Below are positions 8,454 to 16,964 of a stretch of DNA of 50,606 nt, one piece after another. Origin of the DNA: Candidatus Poseidoniales archaeon. Lineage in GTDB: Archaea > Thermoplasmatota > Poseidoniia > MGIII > CG-Epi1. Under the pieces are notes generated by a model. It ran no database searches, had not been told where the DNA came from, and was given only the letters and a program-made list of their open reading frames with translations. Made by a program: the position numbers and the translations under genes. Numbering within the stretch: position 1 is the stretch's first letter; every line of letters begins with the position of its first letter. The stretch is taken from contig JBJLCA010000013.1 of NCBI GenBank assembly GCA_045567915.1, positions 1-50,606 of the forward strand, in the 5' to 3' direction.

Positions 8454-9393
8454 AAAAAGAATTGAGAGGCTCAACTATTGTAGAAGAAAAAAGGTCCCCT
8501 AGGAAAGCTGTAATTACAAACGATAAAGCCAGCGGAATAATATAAGGCACTTTGAATGTAATCCAAGGAAAATCTATACCTTTATCTTCTAATTTTTTCC
8601 ACTCTTTATCTGAATCTAATTTGTGCTTTACAAAGGCCACCATTACCACTCTTTCTCCAATTACTTGTTGCATAGGCCAAACGAAGCTTGTCCTTGCTTT
8701 ATTTAACTCCATTTTTGTTCCGAAAAAAATTTGGAAAAATGGACTTTCAACATTACCTTTGATTATATTGAAAACTGCCAAGCCTAAAGGAATAAACAGA
8801 TAAAGTAAAAGAGAATTCATAAAAATTACAAAAGGATATGGAAAACCCCGAGTATCAAAAGCTGTCAAAGATTGGTCCGTAAATGAAAACGAAAAAGGTG
8901 TAATCAAGCTAATTGCCATAATTGCCTTAACATCTGCACCTCCAATAGTAGGGCCAAAATAAAACCAGATATACATTAAAGTCATTAAAATTGGAATCGC
9001 GATAAAATCAATTAATTGGTAATTATTAATTGAAACGTCATCAGATTCAAAACTGAAAAGGAAATAAATAGAACAAAATATTGCTAGATATTGACTAACT
9101 TTCCAAAGCATTGCTTGGTTTTTGTCTAGAACATATTCATCCACAAATGAATTAAAAAATAAAGTCAAAGTTGCAAAGATTAAAGCCCAAATGTAGAGAC
9201 CATAATCTTCCCAAATATTAGAAACTTCATAAATTAACAAGACAGAACCGAGAACTCCTCCATAAATCCATACTAAATTAGAAACTCTGCGTGTTTTTAA
9301 ATCAGACCAAGAACCATATGAAAGCATGACAACTCCTATCAAAAAACGTAGAATGTCAATATTAGTCATACTTGCGTAGTCAGTAGACCGCAT
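8446..9393 (-). CDS. A24-family aspartic peptidase (archaeal prepilin/preflagellin peptidase, FlaK/PibD-like)
   Basis: Polytopic membrane protein carrying both catalytic-Asp contexts: SWSDLKTRRVSNLVW near the N-terminus and GGADVKAIMAISL in a later helix. Confidence 0.7.
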   Translation of the reverse strand: MRSTDYASMTNIDILRFLIGVVMLSYGSWSDLKTRRVSNLVWIYGGVLGSVLLIYEVSNIWEDYGLYIWALIFATLTLFFNSFVDEYVLDKNQAMLWKVSQYLAIFCSIYFLFSFESDDVSINNYQLIDFIAIPILMTLMYIWFYFGPTIGGADVKAIMAISLITPFSFSFTDQSLTAFDTRGFPYPFVIFMNSLLLYLFIPLGLAVFNIIKGNVESPFFQIFFGTKMELNKARTSFVWPMQQVIGERVVMVAFVKHKLDSDKEWKKLEDKGIDFPWITFKVPYIIPLALSFVITAFLGDLFSSTIVEPLNSFFS

Positions 9394-9462
9394 ATTAATA
9401 TATCTTTTAATTCATAAAATATTTATGAATACATTTTATATAGTAAACCAAGTTGATTAAGT

Positions 9463-10989
9463 GTGGATTTAAGAGAGCAATTATTACCTAACGAAAAGTT
9501 GCTAGGTGAATATAACAATTTATTGGTAGAAAATAAGAAAGGCAATGTATATCTTACTAATCTAAGATTGTTTTTATCAACTAAAAAAAATATATGGAAT
9601 TTCAATACAAATGATATAAAATATATGGGTAGAATGAATAATCCCCGTTTTTCTTGGATGTGGCAAATTCTTATCTCTTTAACGCTTTTATACAGTATTT
9701 TGTCGAGTAAAACTTTACTATTTTTAGTCTGTATAATTTTGTCAGCAGCTAGACAATATCTCAAAATCGATTGTTTAGAAATTGGTTTAGAAAATAAAAA
9801 ATGGATAGTTTCTGATGATAATGAACAACTTGATGAACTAATGCTTCAAATTCAAACAAATCAAGTAACTGGTTTAGAAAAAAGTGAAGGAAAACCGATA
9901 GTGGACGCTGAAGAAGAACTTAATACAAGAATAGAAATTAATATAGTAGGAGAAAACGAATCTGGACCTTTGAGATCTGCATGGATATCACTATCATTTG
10001 CATTTATTTTCTATTATCTTAATTCTTTCTCAGATTCGGGTAACATATGGCTTTTCGTTCTTTTAATTTCCGCCTTGTGCTCATATATTATATACAAAGA
10101 TCGAAGAAATACTAATATCTTGAGAGATGTTGAGCCTGAAAATGGCCTAATAAGAAAAGGCTGGTACTTTCTCCTGAATAAACTTAAAGTAAAGATAATT
10201 AAAGCAAATTATAGTTTAAAAGTTTATAATAAAAAAATAGAAGTTAGAAATTTAGGATACATTTTGAGCTCAGTTATTTTGCTTCTAACTTTTACCATCA
10301 CCCACATCAATTCTAACCTTATCCCAATGTTGTTCGGAATTTCTCTAGCAATTTCGGTATACATGACTGGACGTTGCCTTGCTGGAATACCGAGACCTCG
10401 GAATCGAATGGTTGCAAGGAGCTTTGTATGCACTCTTGTAGCTATATGTGTCATACTGCCCTGCCTTAATGCCGCTCCACTATTTATGCCTGCAAATGCT
10501 TTATTATCCTCTGATTTTTTAGATGTCGAAAGCGGTAATGGTTGGAAAAAATCGTATTCCCAAGTTGACGAGTACGGGCTTGGTTTGGCTTCAACAAGTA
10601 TTTATCTCTACGCGGATGACGCAAAAGATAGTGAAGGAAATGACGATGGTTACCCTGCAATATTATTTGTAATTGTTCTAAAAGTACCTTTTGAAGTCGA
10701 TGAAGCTGTGCCATTAGATATTCTAAACGACCAATTTCAGAAAATGGCTATTGAACAAGATATTGAATTGGATGCGAAATTAGAGAGCGGGAGTCGCAAA
10801 ACGTCGCAAGGCTATGATACAGAATATGTTATCTATAATGGAACTACAAAAACTGAGAAAATAGGCACTGATGAAATTAATTATAAGGTTACAAAAGGAT
10901 CTGAATCAAAATATATTGGAGAAGTATGGAAAGCCCCGGAATACAACTTGCTTGTAGTTTCAATGGGCATTGGTATTATCTCCCTCTGA
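9463..10989 (+). CDS. Multi-pass membrane protein with N-terminal PH/GRAM-like segment, function unknown
   Basis: GTG start sits 25 nt downstream of ttttatata (9434-9442). N-terminus LLPNEKLLGEY...GNVYLTNLRLFL resembles bacterial PH (YdbT-like) domains. Several hydrophobic helices follow. See the finding on a possible frameshift at the 3' end. Confidence 0.5.
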   Translation: MDLREQLLPNEKLLGEYNNLLVENKKGNVYLTNLRLFLSTKKNIWNFNTNDIKYMGRMNNPRFSWMWQILISLTLLYSILSSKTLLFLVCIILSAARQYLKIDCLEIGLENKKWIVSDDNEQLDELMLQIQTNQVTGLEKSEGKPIVDAEEELNTRIEINIVGENESGPLRSAWISLSFAFIFYYLNSFSDSGNIWLFVLLISALCSYIIYKDRRNTNILRDVEPENGLIRKGWYFLLNKLKVKIIKANYSLKVYNKKIEVRNLGYILSSVILLLTFTITHINSNLIPMLFGISLAISVYMTGRCLAGIPRPRNRMVARSFVCTLVAICVILPCLNAAPLFMPANALLSSDFLDVESGNGWKKSYSQVDEYGLGLASTSIYLYADDAKDSEGNDDGYPAILFVIVLKVPFEVDEAVPLDILNDQFQKMAIEQDIELDAKLESGSRKTSQGYDTEYVIYNGTTKTEKIGTDEINYKVTKGSESKYIGEVWKAPEYNLLVVSMGIGIISL

Positions 10990-11139
10990 AACTATTAATG
11001 AAGACACTGGTTTTGAACCTATAGATGATTTAGTGGATGACCTCATTCCAAACCCAACAGATACTACTGATGAGAAAAATTGGAATGAAATGCTTAATCT
11101 AATTCCTGAGATCTACTGCTATCAAGAAGATTGGAAAGA

Positions 11140-11307
11140 CTAATTTTTATCTATTACTAATCCTTCTTTAAGAGGAAATGAGACAAATTCTCCTTCCCAC
11201 TTAACCTCTGACTCCTCGTCAAGTAAACCTGCCGAAACTAATTTGTTCATCATCATTTCAGCATCATCTTTTGGCACTTTCAAATATTGTTTTTCTGCTT
11301 CACTCAT
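11140..11307 (-). CDS. Small protein resembling the Trm5/Taw2 N-terminal D1 domain
   Basis: ATG at 11307 is 1 nt after the ALDH stop codon (the ORF track uses a TTG at 11322). YLKVPKDDAEMMMNKLVSAGLLDEESEVKWEGEFVSFPLKEG follows the pattern of M. jannaschii Trm5 residues CLKINKKHGEQTRRILIENNLLNKDYKITSEGNYLYLPIKD (recalled from memory). Confidence 0.4.
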   Translation of the reverse strand: MSEAEKQYLKVPKDDAEMMMNKLVSAGLLDEESEVKWEGEFVSFPLKEGLVIDKN

Positions 11308-11308
11308 T

Positions 11309-12820
11309 TTAACCAAACTCAATTCCTTGTGCTAAAGGTAAGTCGTCTGACCAATTAAGCGTATTGGTCTGCCTACGCATGTAGATTTTCCATGAGTCTG
11401 AACCTGCTTCTCTTCCGCCGCCAGTATCTTTCTCTCCACCAAAAGCTCCCCCTATCTCAGCCCCACTTGTTCCAATATTTACATTAGCAATTCCACAATC
11501 GCTTCCAGAATGACTCAAGAATTTCTCAACTGATTGCATATCCTTAGTAAATATTGACGAAGACAAACCCTGATCCACCGAATTGTGAGCTTCTAGAGCT
11601 TCTTCTAAATCTTCAAATTCAAATAAATAAAGTATTGGTGCAAATGTCTCCTCTCTAACAATTTGCATATCCATATTTGCTTTTACTAAAGTAGGCTCAA
11701 CATAGAAACCATCTGCCTGAATTACATTGCCACCATAGATAATTTCTCCATTTTCTTTCTTAATTATCTCTAAAGCATCACTATAATCTTGGACGGCTGT
11801 TTTATCTACCAATGGGCCAACAATTGTATCTGAATTTAATGGATTCCCAATTTTTATCTGAGAATAAGAAGCAACTAACTTTTCAATTATCGAAGAGGAT
11901 ATTGACTTATGCAAAAATAACCTACGTGTCGAAGTACATCTTTGACCAGAGGTACCTACTGCGCCAAATAATACAGCCCTAAGAACTAATTCTGGATCCG
12001 AATCAGGCATTACAATTATTGCATTATTCCCTCCCAATTCCAAAAGAGATCGTCCTAAACGTTTAGCAACTACTTCCCCAATTTTACGCCCCATATTACA
12101 TGAGCCTGTTGCTGAAACAAGAGGTATCCTACGATCATGTACGAGTAATTCTCCAACATCTCTGCTAGAACCAACAAGTAGCGACATCACGCCGTCCCAA
12201 CCTAGCGGAGTCATAACTTCATTAACAATTTTTTGGATTGCAATCGCTGTAAGTGGTGTTTTAGAAGATGGTTTCCAGACCATTACATCTCCACAAACTG
12301 CAGCAATCATAGCATTCCATGCCCAAACTGCACCTGGAAAATTGAAAGCCGTAACAATACCTACAGTTCCTAGAGGGTGCCATTGCTCATACATTCTATG
12401 ATTAGGCCTTTCAGAGTGCATAGTCTTTCCGTAAAGTTGACGGCTTAATCCAACAGCATAATCTGCGATATCTATCATTTCTTGAACTTCTCCTTCTCCT
12501 TCGGCCTGAATTTTTCCCATTTCCCAAGAAATCAATTTACCAAGCGCAGTCTTATGCTTACGAAAAGCATTCGCTAAATTTCTAACAACTTCACCTCTCT
12601 TTGGGGCCGGTTCCATTCTCCATTTTTTAAATATTTGAGAAGACCTTTGCATTATAGTTTCATAATCTCCTGAATTACACTGTTTAACCTTTGCAATTAG
12701 TGTTCCATCTACTGGAGTTATGCAATCCAAATCAGCCCCAGAGCCTAACCAACTTTCTGAGTAACCTCCTAAATTTAGATCTTCAATTCCTAACTCTTCT
12801 AAGAAATCCAACTTTGTCAT
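11309..12820 (-). CDS. Aldehyde dehydrogenase, ALDH7 (alpha-aminoadipic semialdehyde / piperideine-6-carboxylate dehydrogenase) type
   Basis: LEELGIEDLNLGGY..SW, APKRGEVVRNL, ISWEMGKIQAEGEGEVQEMIDIADYAVGLSRQLYG, ELGGNNA and the catalytic GQRCTS. The N-terminal half is colinear with antiquitin-type ALDH7. Confidence 0.85.
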   Translation of the reverse strand: MTKLDFLEELGIEDLNLGGYSESWLGSGADLDCITPVDGTLIAKVKQCNSGDYETIMQRSSQIFKKWRMEPAPKRGEVVRNLANAFRKHKTALGKLISWEMGKIQAEGEGEVQEMIDIADYAVGLSRQLYGKTMHSERPNHRMYEQWHPLGTVGIVTAFNFPGAVWAWNAMIAAVCGDVMVWKPSSKTPLTAIAIQKIVNEVMTPLGWDGVMSLLVGSSRDVGELLVHDRRIPLVSATGSCNMGRKIGEVVAKRLGRSLLELGGNNAIIVMPDSDPELVLRAVLFGAVGTSGQRCTSTRRLFLHKSISSSIIEKLVASYSQIKIGNPLNSDTIVGPLVDKTAVQDYSDALEIIKKENGEIIYGGNVIQADGFYVEPTLVKANMDMQIVREETFAPILYLFEFEDLEEALEAHNSVDQGLSSSIFTKDMQSVEKFLSHSGSDCGIANVNIGTSGAEIGGAFGGEKDTGGGREAGSDSWKIYMRRQTNTLNWSDDLPLAQGIEFG

Positions 12821-12894
12821 GTAAGTCCATGAAGGGCTACAATAAAGAACTTAGTTGTACAAGTTATTTTTAATTGCCCACCTCATGCAACATT

Positions 12895-13575
12895 ATGACT
12901 GGTGTAGATTCTGAACTTAAGGGATATGACCAAGCCCAAAGAGAAATGATGGAGGAAAACTGCATTATCGTAGATAGCGATGATCAGGTCATCGGGCAAG
13001 ATTCAAAAGTTAAATGCCACCTTAACGAAGGAAAATTGCACCGTGCATTCAGCGTTTTACTATTCAATTCAGATAATGAATTATTAATACAGCAAAGGGC
13101 TGATGAGAAGATAACTTTCCCTTCCATTTGGGCAAATAGTTGCTGCAGTCACCCTCTTTATCAAGATGGTGAGGAGGAGGGCATTAAAGGCGCAAAAAGA
13201 GCAGCTATTAGGAAACTAACACAGGAACTTGGAATCAAAGATGGTGAAGTTGAATCTGAGGATTTAACATTCATAACCAAAATGCATTACAAGGCTAGAG
13301 CTGATGAAAAGTGGATTGAACATGAAGTTGACTACATTTTTGCTATGAAAAGGAATATTCAAATTGATCCTAACGCAAATGAAATACAAGAAACCAGATA
13401 TGTTAACTCAGAACAATTGAATGAATTATTCGAGAAGTCTGAGGACGGTGGTGTTAAAATAGGTCCTTGGTTTAGATTAATAAGAGATAATTTCCTCGAT
13501 AAAATATGGATTAATATTGACTCCTTGGATAATATTAGAGATAAGAAAGTTCATCACATGGGAGAAGTAATATGA
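12895..13575 (+). CDS. idi: Isopentenyl-diphosphate delta-isomerase, type 1 (Nudix-fold, eukaryote-like)
   Basis: CIIVDSDDQVIGQDSKVKCH, LHRAFSVLLFNSDNELLIQQRADEKITFPSIWANSCCSHPL, EVDYIF. ATG 12895 sits 26 nt downstream of ttatttttaa (12864-12873). The ORF track extends to a TTG at 12874. Confidence 0.85.
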   Translation: MTGVDSELKGYDQAQREMMEENCIIVDSDDQVIGQDSKVKCHLNEGKLHRAFSVLLFNSDNELLIQQRADEKITFPSIWANSCCSHPLYQDGEEEGIKGAKRAAIRKLTQELGIKDGEVESEDLTFITKMHYKARADEKWIEHEVDYIFAMKRNIQIDPNANEIQETRYVNSEQLNELFEKSEDGGVKIGPWFRLIRDNFLDKIWINIDSLDNIRDKKVHHMGEVI

Positions 13576-14555
13576 GTATAAAAATTAAATTAGCTGAAAA
13601 AGCAAAAGATGTAGAGAAAGCTCTACATGATTATTTAGTAATACGTGAACCTAGGAAACTATACGAAGCAATGGCTCACATACCTCTTGCTGGTGGGAAG
13701 AGACTCCGTCCAGTTATGGCTCAACTTACATGTGAAATGGTAGGAGGTAATGGAAAACTATCGATACCTTTTGCAGCTTCACTTGAAATTATTCACAACT
13801 TTACTTTAGTTCATGACGATGTAATGGATGATGACGATCTAAGGCATGGTGTTGCTGCTTGCCATACAGTTTTCGGATTACCAACTGCAATTCTAGCTGG
13901 AGATTCTCTTTTTGCATATGCTTTTGAAATGATTGCAGAAAGTAATGTCAATGATGAAATAAAATCTGAGCTAGTCAGACATACGGCATATACTGTTAGA
14001 AGAATTGCTGAAGGGCAGCAGATGGACATTAATTTTGAAGAAGAAGAAACTGTAGACCCTGAACTATATCTTGAAATGATTCGATTGAAAACATCAATAC
14101 TTTTCGGATCTGCTGCGTACGGAGGGGCTCTAATTGGTGGAAAGAAAGTTGAGGAAGCAAACGAACTTAGACAAATGGCGATATGGGTCGGTTTAGGATT
14201 TCAAATATGGGATGATTATTTGGATGCTACAGCTTCTGCTGAAGTACTTGGAAAGCCTTCAGGATCTGATATTCGTCAAGGAAAGCGTACTCTTTTAGTC
14301 ATAGAAGCATTAAATCGAACAAACAATGAAGATAGAAAAGAATTAATTAAAATTTTAGATGATAGTAATAATACTGATAATGATGTAAAAAGAGCTGTTG
14401 ACATAATGTCAAATTGTGGAGCTCTTGAAAATTGTCGTGAACAGGCATTAGGTTACCTTAACGGCGCTAAAAAAACAATTGCAAAGTATCCTGAAAGTAG
14501 TGCAAGAACTATGCTTGAAGAATTACTAGAATACATGGTTACAAGAGGACATTAA
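13572..14555 (+). CDS. idsA: Geranylgeranyl diphosphate synthase (trans-polyprenyl synthetase)
   Basis: First Asp-rich motif LVHDDVMDDDDLRHG, second FQIWDDYLD, and GKRLRP upstream. Its start overlaps the idi stop (ATGA). Confidence 0.85.
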   Translation: MSIKIKLAEKAKDVEKALHDYLVIREPRKLYEAMAHIPLAGGKRLRPVMAQLTCEMVGGNGKLSIPFAASLEIIHNFTLVHDDVMDDDDLRHGVAACHTVFGLPTAILAGDSLFAYAFEMIAESNVNDEIKSELVRHTAYTVRRIAEGQQMDINFEEEETVDPELYLEMIRLKTSILFGSAAYGGALIGGKKVEEANELRQMAIWVGLGFQIWDDYLDATASAEVLGKPSGSDIRQGKRTLLVIEALNRTNNEDRKELIKILDDSNNTDNDVKRAVDIMSNCGALENCREQALGYLNGAKKTIAKYPESSARTMLEELLEYMVTRGH

Positions 14556-14597
14556 TCCTACCTAATCGCCTAAATACAGGTTACAAATGAGACTACA

Positions 14598-16013
14598 ATG
14601 AGCGACTCAGAATCTTGGACATCTGGGCTAATAAATGAGCAGCTAAGAAAGAGATTTGAAAATCATGACACTGCCAAAGTTACAAACTTAGCAAGTCAAG
14701 CATGTATTGCTGCGAATATGCCACAAAAAACAAATATAGTATTCGAAGGGAAAGCTGGAGATAACTTTGGAGGACTGAACCAAGGAAGTAAAATTATATT
14801 GAATGGTGATGCTGGAAGATTTGTTGGTAATGGAATGAAAGATGGGGAGATTATCATTAATGGAAATTGTGACGATGGGGCTGCACACTCAATGTCTAAT
14901 GGAAGAATAGTAATTCAAGGTTCTGTAGATGGGGATGCAGGATCATCAATGCAAGGGGGAAGTTTACTAATCTCTGGAAACGTTAGGGGGGATTTAGCTA
15001 CATGCATGAACCAAGGTAGTATCACGATTTGTGGAGATGTTCTGGGCGATGTTGGAAGAATGATGAATAATGGTAAAATATTCATCGCTGGAGACTTTGA
15101 TCAAAATGAAAACATCGATGTGAAAAATATTTCTCCGAGTGATTGGAAGAAATTAAAAACAGATCTTAAAAATAACGGAATTGATTCAAGAGATTTAGAC
15201 TTTAAGTATGTATCTTCTAAAAAATTAATTAAAAGAGAAAAAACATATGAACCTGAATACGTTAGTCTGGATAAAGATATAATCTTAGTACCTGCTAGTC
15301 TCACAAGAAGGCCAAGAACGCCAGGTTTGGACGACATTAACCTATCTTTAACGCTTGGTCAAAAAAAAGAAGAACCTCTGAACCTTACCATACCATTACT
15401 ATGGCAAGGCGATAATGCACCTTCATATTTCAATTGGAAAATTAATAAAAAAATAAATGATGATCTTAATAACTCCAACATAGCCATAATTGATTTGACT
15501 GCAACAGATATTAATCGTAGATTAGATATGAAAAGGCCAACTGATTTAGCAGTTATTGTAGATTTATTGAACCAAAGCTCTGCAAATAAAGTACCAATTC
15601 TAATTCGAATTTACGCGGGGGATGTCGATAATGATTTAGGCGTTATAGTAAAGTCTGGAGCCGACGGAGTTATATTGGTAAGTGACAAAGTGCCAATTGA
15701 GGCAGCTCTCGTCTCATCAAGAAATCACAAAGATCAAATTATAGTTCTGGCTGAAATAAACAAATTAGATTACCAAAACTCTGCAAAACTATTAGCATTA
15801 GGGGCTGCAGGAATATTTTTGCAAGACAAATGCAACGGAAATCAACTAACGGAATTCGGAACTAAGTTGTCCGAGACTATTGGTTCATTGGGCGTCGGAA
15901 AAGCTACAGATTTGAGTGTAGAACACCTTAGAACGACTAGCCAAAAAGTTGCTTCCATGACTGGAATTTCCATAGCTGGATATAACTCAGTTTTACCAAT
16001 GTGGCGACATTAA
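14598..16013 (+). CDS. GXGXG-repeat (GltS domain 3 / FwdC-like beta-helix) fused to a reduced GltS FMN-domain-like TIM barrel
   Basis: Residues ~45-170 are GXGXG turns (GKAGDNFGGL, NGDAGRFVGNGM, NGNCDDGAAHSM, QGSVDGDAGSSM, SGNVRGDLATCM, CGDVLGDVGRMM). The C-terminal part (PILIRIYAGDVDNDLGVIVKSGADGVILVS...LLALGAAGIFLQ) resembles the GltS FMN barrel, but I cannot find GGTGA or GEGG signatures. Confidence 0.6.
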   Translation: MSDSESWTSGLINEQLRKRFENHDTAKVTNLASQACIAANMPQKTNIVFEGKAGDNFGGLNQGSKIILNGDAGRFVGNGMKDGEIIINGNCDDGAAHSMSNGRIVIQGSVDGDAGSSMQGGSLLISGNVRGDLATCMNQGSITICGDVLGDVGRMMNNGKIFIAGDFDQNENIDVKNISPSDWKKLKTDLKNNGIDSRDLDFKYVSSKKLIKREKTYEPEYVSLDKDIILVPASLTRRPRTPGLDDINLSLTLGQKKEEPLNLTIPLLWQGDNAPSYFNWKINKKINDDLNNSNIAIIDLTATDINRRLDMKRPTDLAVIVDLLNQSSANKVPILIRIYAGDVDNDLGVIVKSGADGVILVSDKVPIEAALVSSRNHKDQIIVLAEINKLDYQNSAKLLALGAAGIFLQDKCNGNQLTEFGTKLSETIGSLGVGKATDLSVEHLRTTSQKVASMTGISIAGYNSVLPMWRH

Positions 16014-16023
16014 TGATATTTAA

Positions 16024-16962
16024 ATGAAAGACAGTGCGATTTTCGCTGAGCAATTGTCAAAGAAATATGGTGAACTATCTGCTGTAAACAATGTAGATTT
16101 ATCAGTACCAAATGGAATTTGTTTTGGACTCTTAGGCCCAAATGGTGCAGGAAAAACAACAATGATCCAAATGCTTCAGGCCTCTTCACCTATCACAAAA
16201 GGTAGACTGAAAGTTTTAGGAACTGATGTAAGTAAAGAAAGCCGTAGTGTAAGGAGACGTATCGGAGTAATACCACAGGAAGACAATTTAGATCCTGACT
16301 TTACAGTTGAATACAATTTGATTGTTTACGCAAGGTACTACGGAATAAGTACAGAGGATGCAAAAAATAAATCTTCAAAATTACTTGAAAAGGTCGGATT
16401 AACAGATAAGGCAAATGAGAGGATTTCCAACCTTTCTGGAGGAATGAAAAGACGTTTAATTGTTGCTAGAGGAATGATTAACGATCCTGAATTACTGATT
16501 TTAGATGAACCGACAACTGGCTTAGATCCTCAAGCAAGACATAGTGTTTGGGATCAAATTAGAATTTTTAAAAATGATGGAAAGACGGTTTTGCTAACTA
16601 CACATTATATGGATGAAGCTGAAATCCTTTGCGATGAACTAGCAATTATGGATTCTGGTAAAATTTTAATCAGAGGAACTCCAAAGGACTTAATCTCTAA
16701 CATCGTTGGATCTGACGCAATAGAATTTGTATCGCGTTCATTTGACAAAGGAAAGAAAATACTAGATTCAATTGAAGCTAAAAGTAAACTGAAGAAAGTA
16801 AGTATAAGTCGTGTTTCAGACAGAATTATAGTATATGGAGAGGATAACGAAGAAATAGTTTCTGATTTTGAAAACAATCCAGAACTAACTGATGTGATTA
16901 AGCGAAGGGCAACTCTCGAAGATGTTTTTTTAAAACTAACTGGGAGACAATTGAGAGATTAA
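16024..16962 (+). CDS. ABC transporter ATP-binding protein (ABC-2 / DrrA-NodI type)
   Basis: Walker A GLLGPNGAGKTT, Q-loop IPQE, signature LSGGMKRR, Walker B LLILDEPTTGLD, H-loop TTHYMDEA. Confidence 0.9.
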   Translation: MKDSAIFAEQLSKKYGELSAVNNVDLSVPNGICFGLLGPNGAGKTTMIQMLQASSPITKGRLKVLGTDVSKESRSVRRRIGVIPQEDNLDPDFTVEYNLIVYARYYGISTEDAKNKSSKLLEKVGLTDKANERISNLSGGMKRRLIVARGMINDPELLILDEPTTGLDPQARHSVWDQIRIFKNDGKTVLLTTHYMDEAEILCDELAIMDSGKILIRGTPKDLISNIVGSDAIEFVSRSFDKGKKILDSIEAKSKLKKVSISRVSDRIIVYGEDNEEIVSDFENNPELTDVIKRRATLEDVFLKLTGRQLRD

Positions 16963-16964
16963 GT

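Noticed and set aside
11060-11112. Possible C/D-box sRNA: TGATGA at ~11064 and CTGA at ~11107
   Set aside because: The spacing is ~32 nt with no convincing C'/D' boxes, and the flanks do not form a terminal stem. The region also reads as a protein-like open frame, so a coding explanation is preferred.
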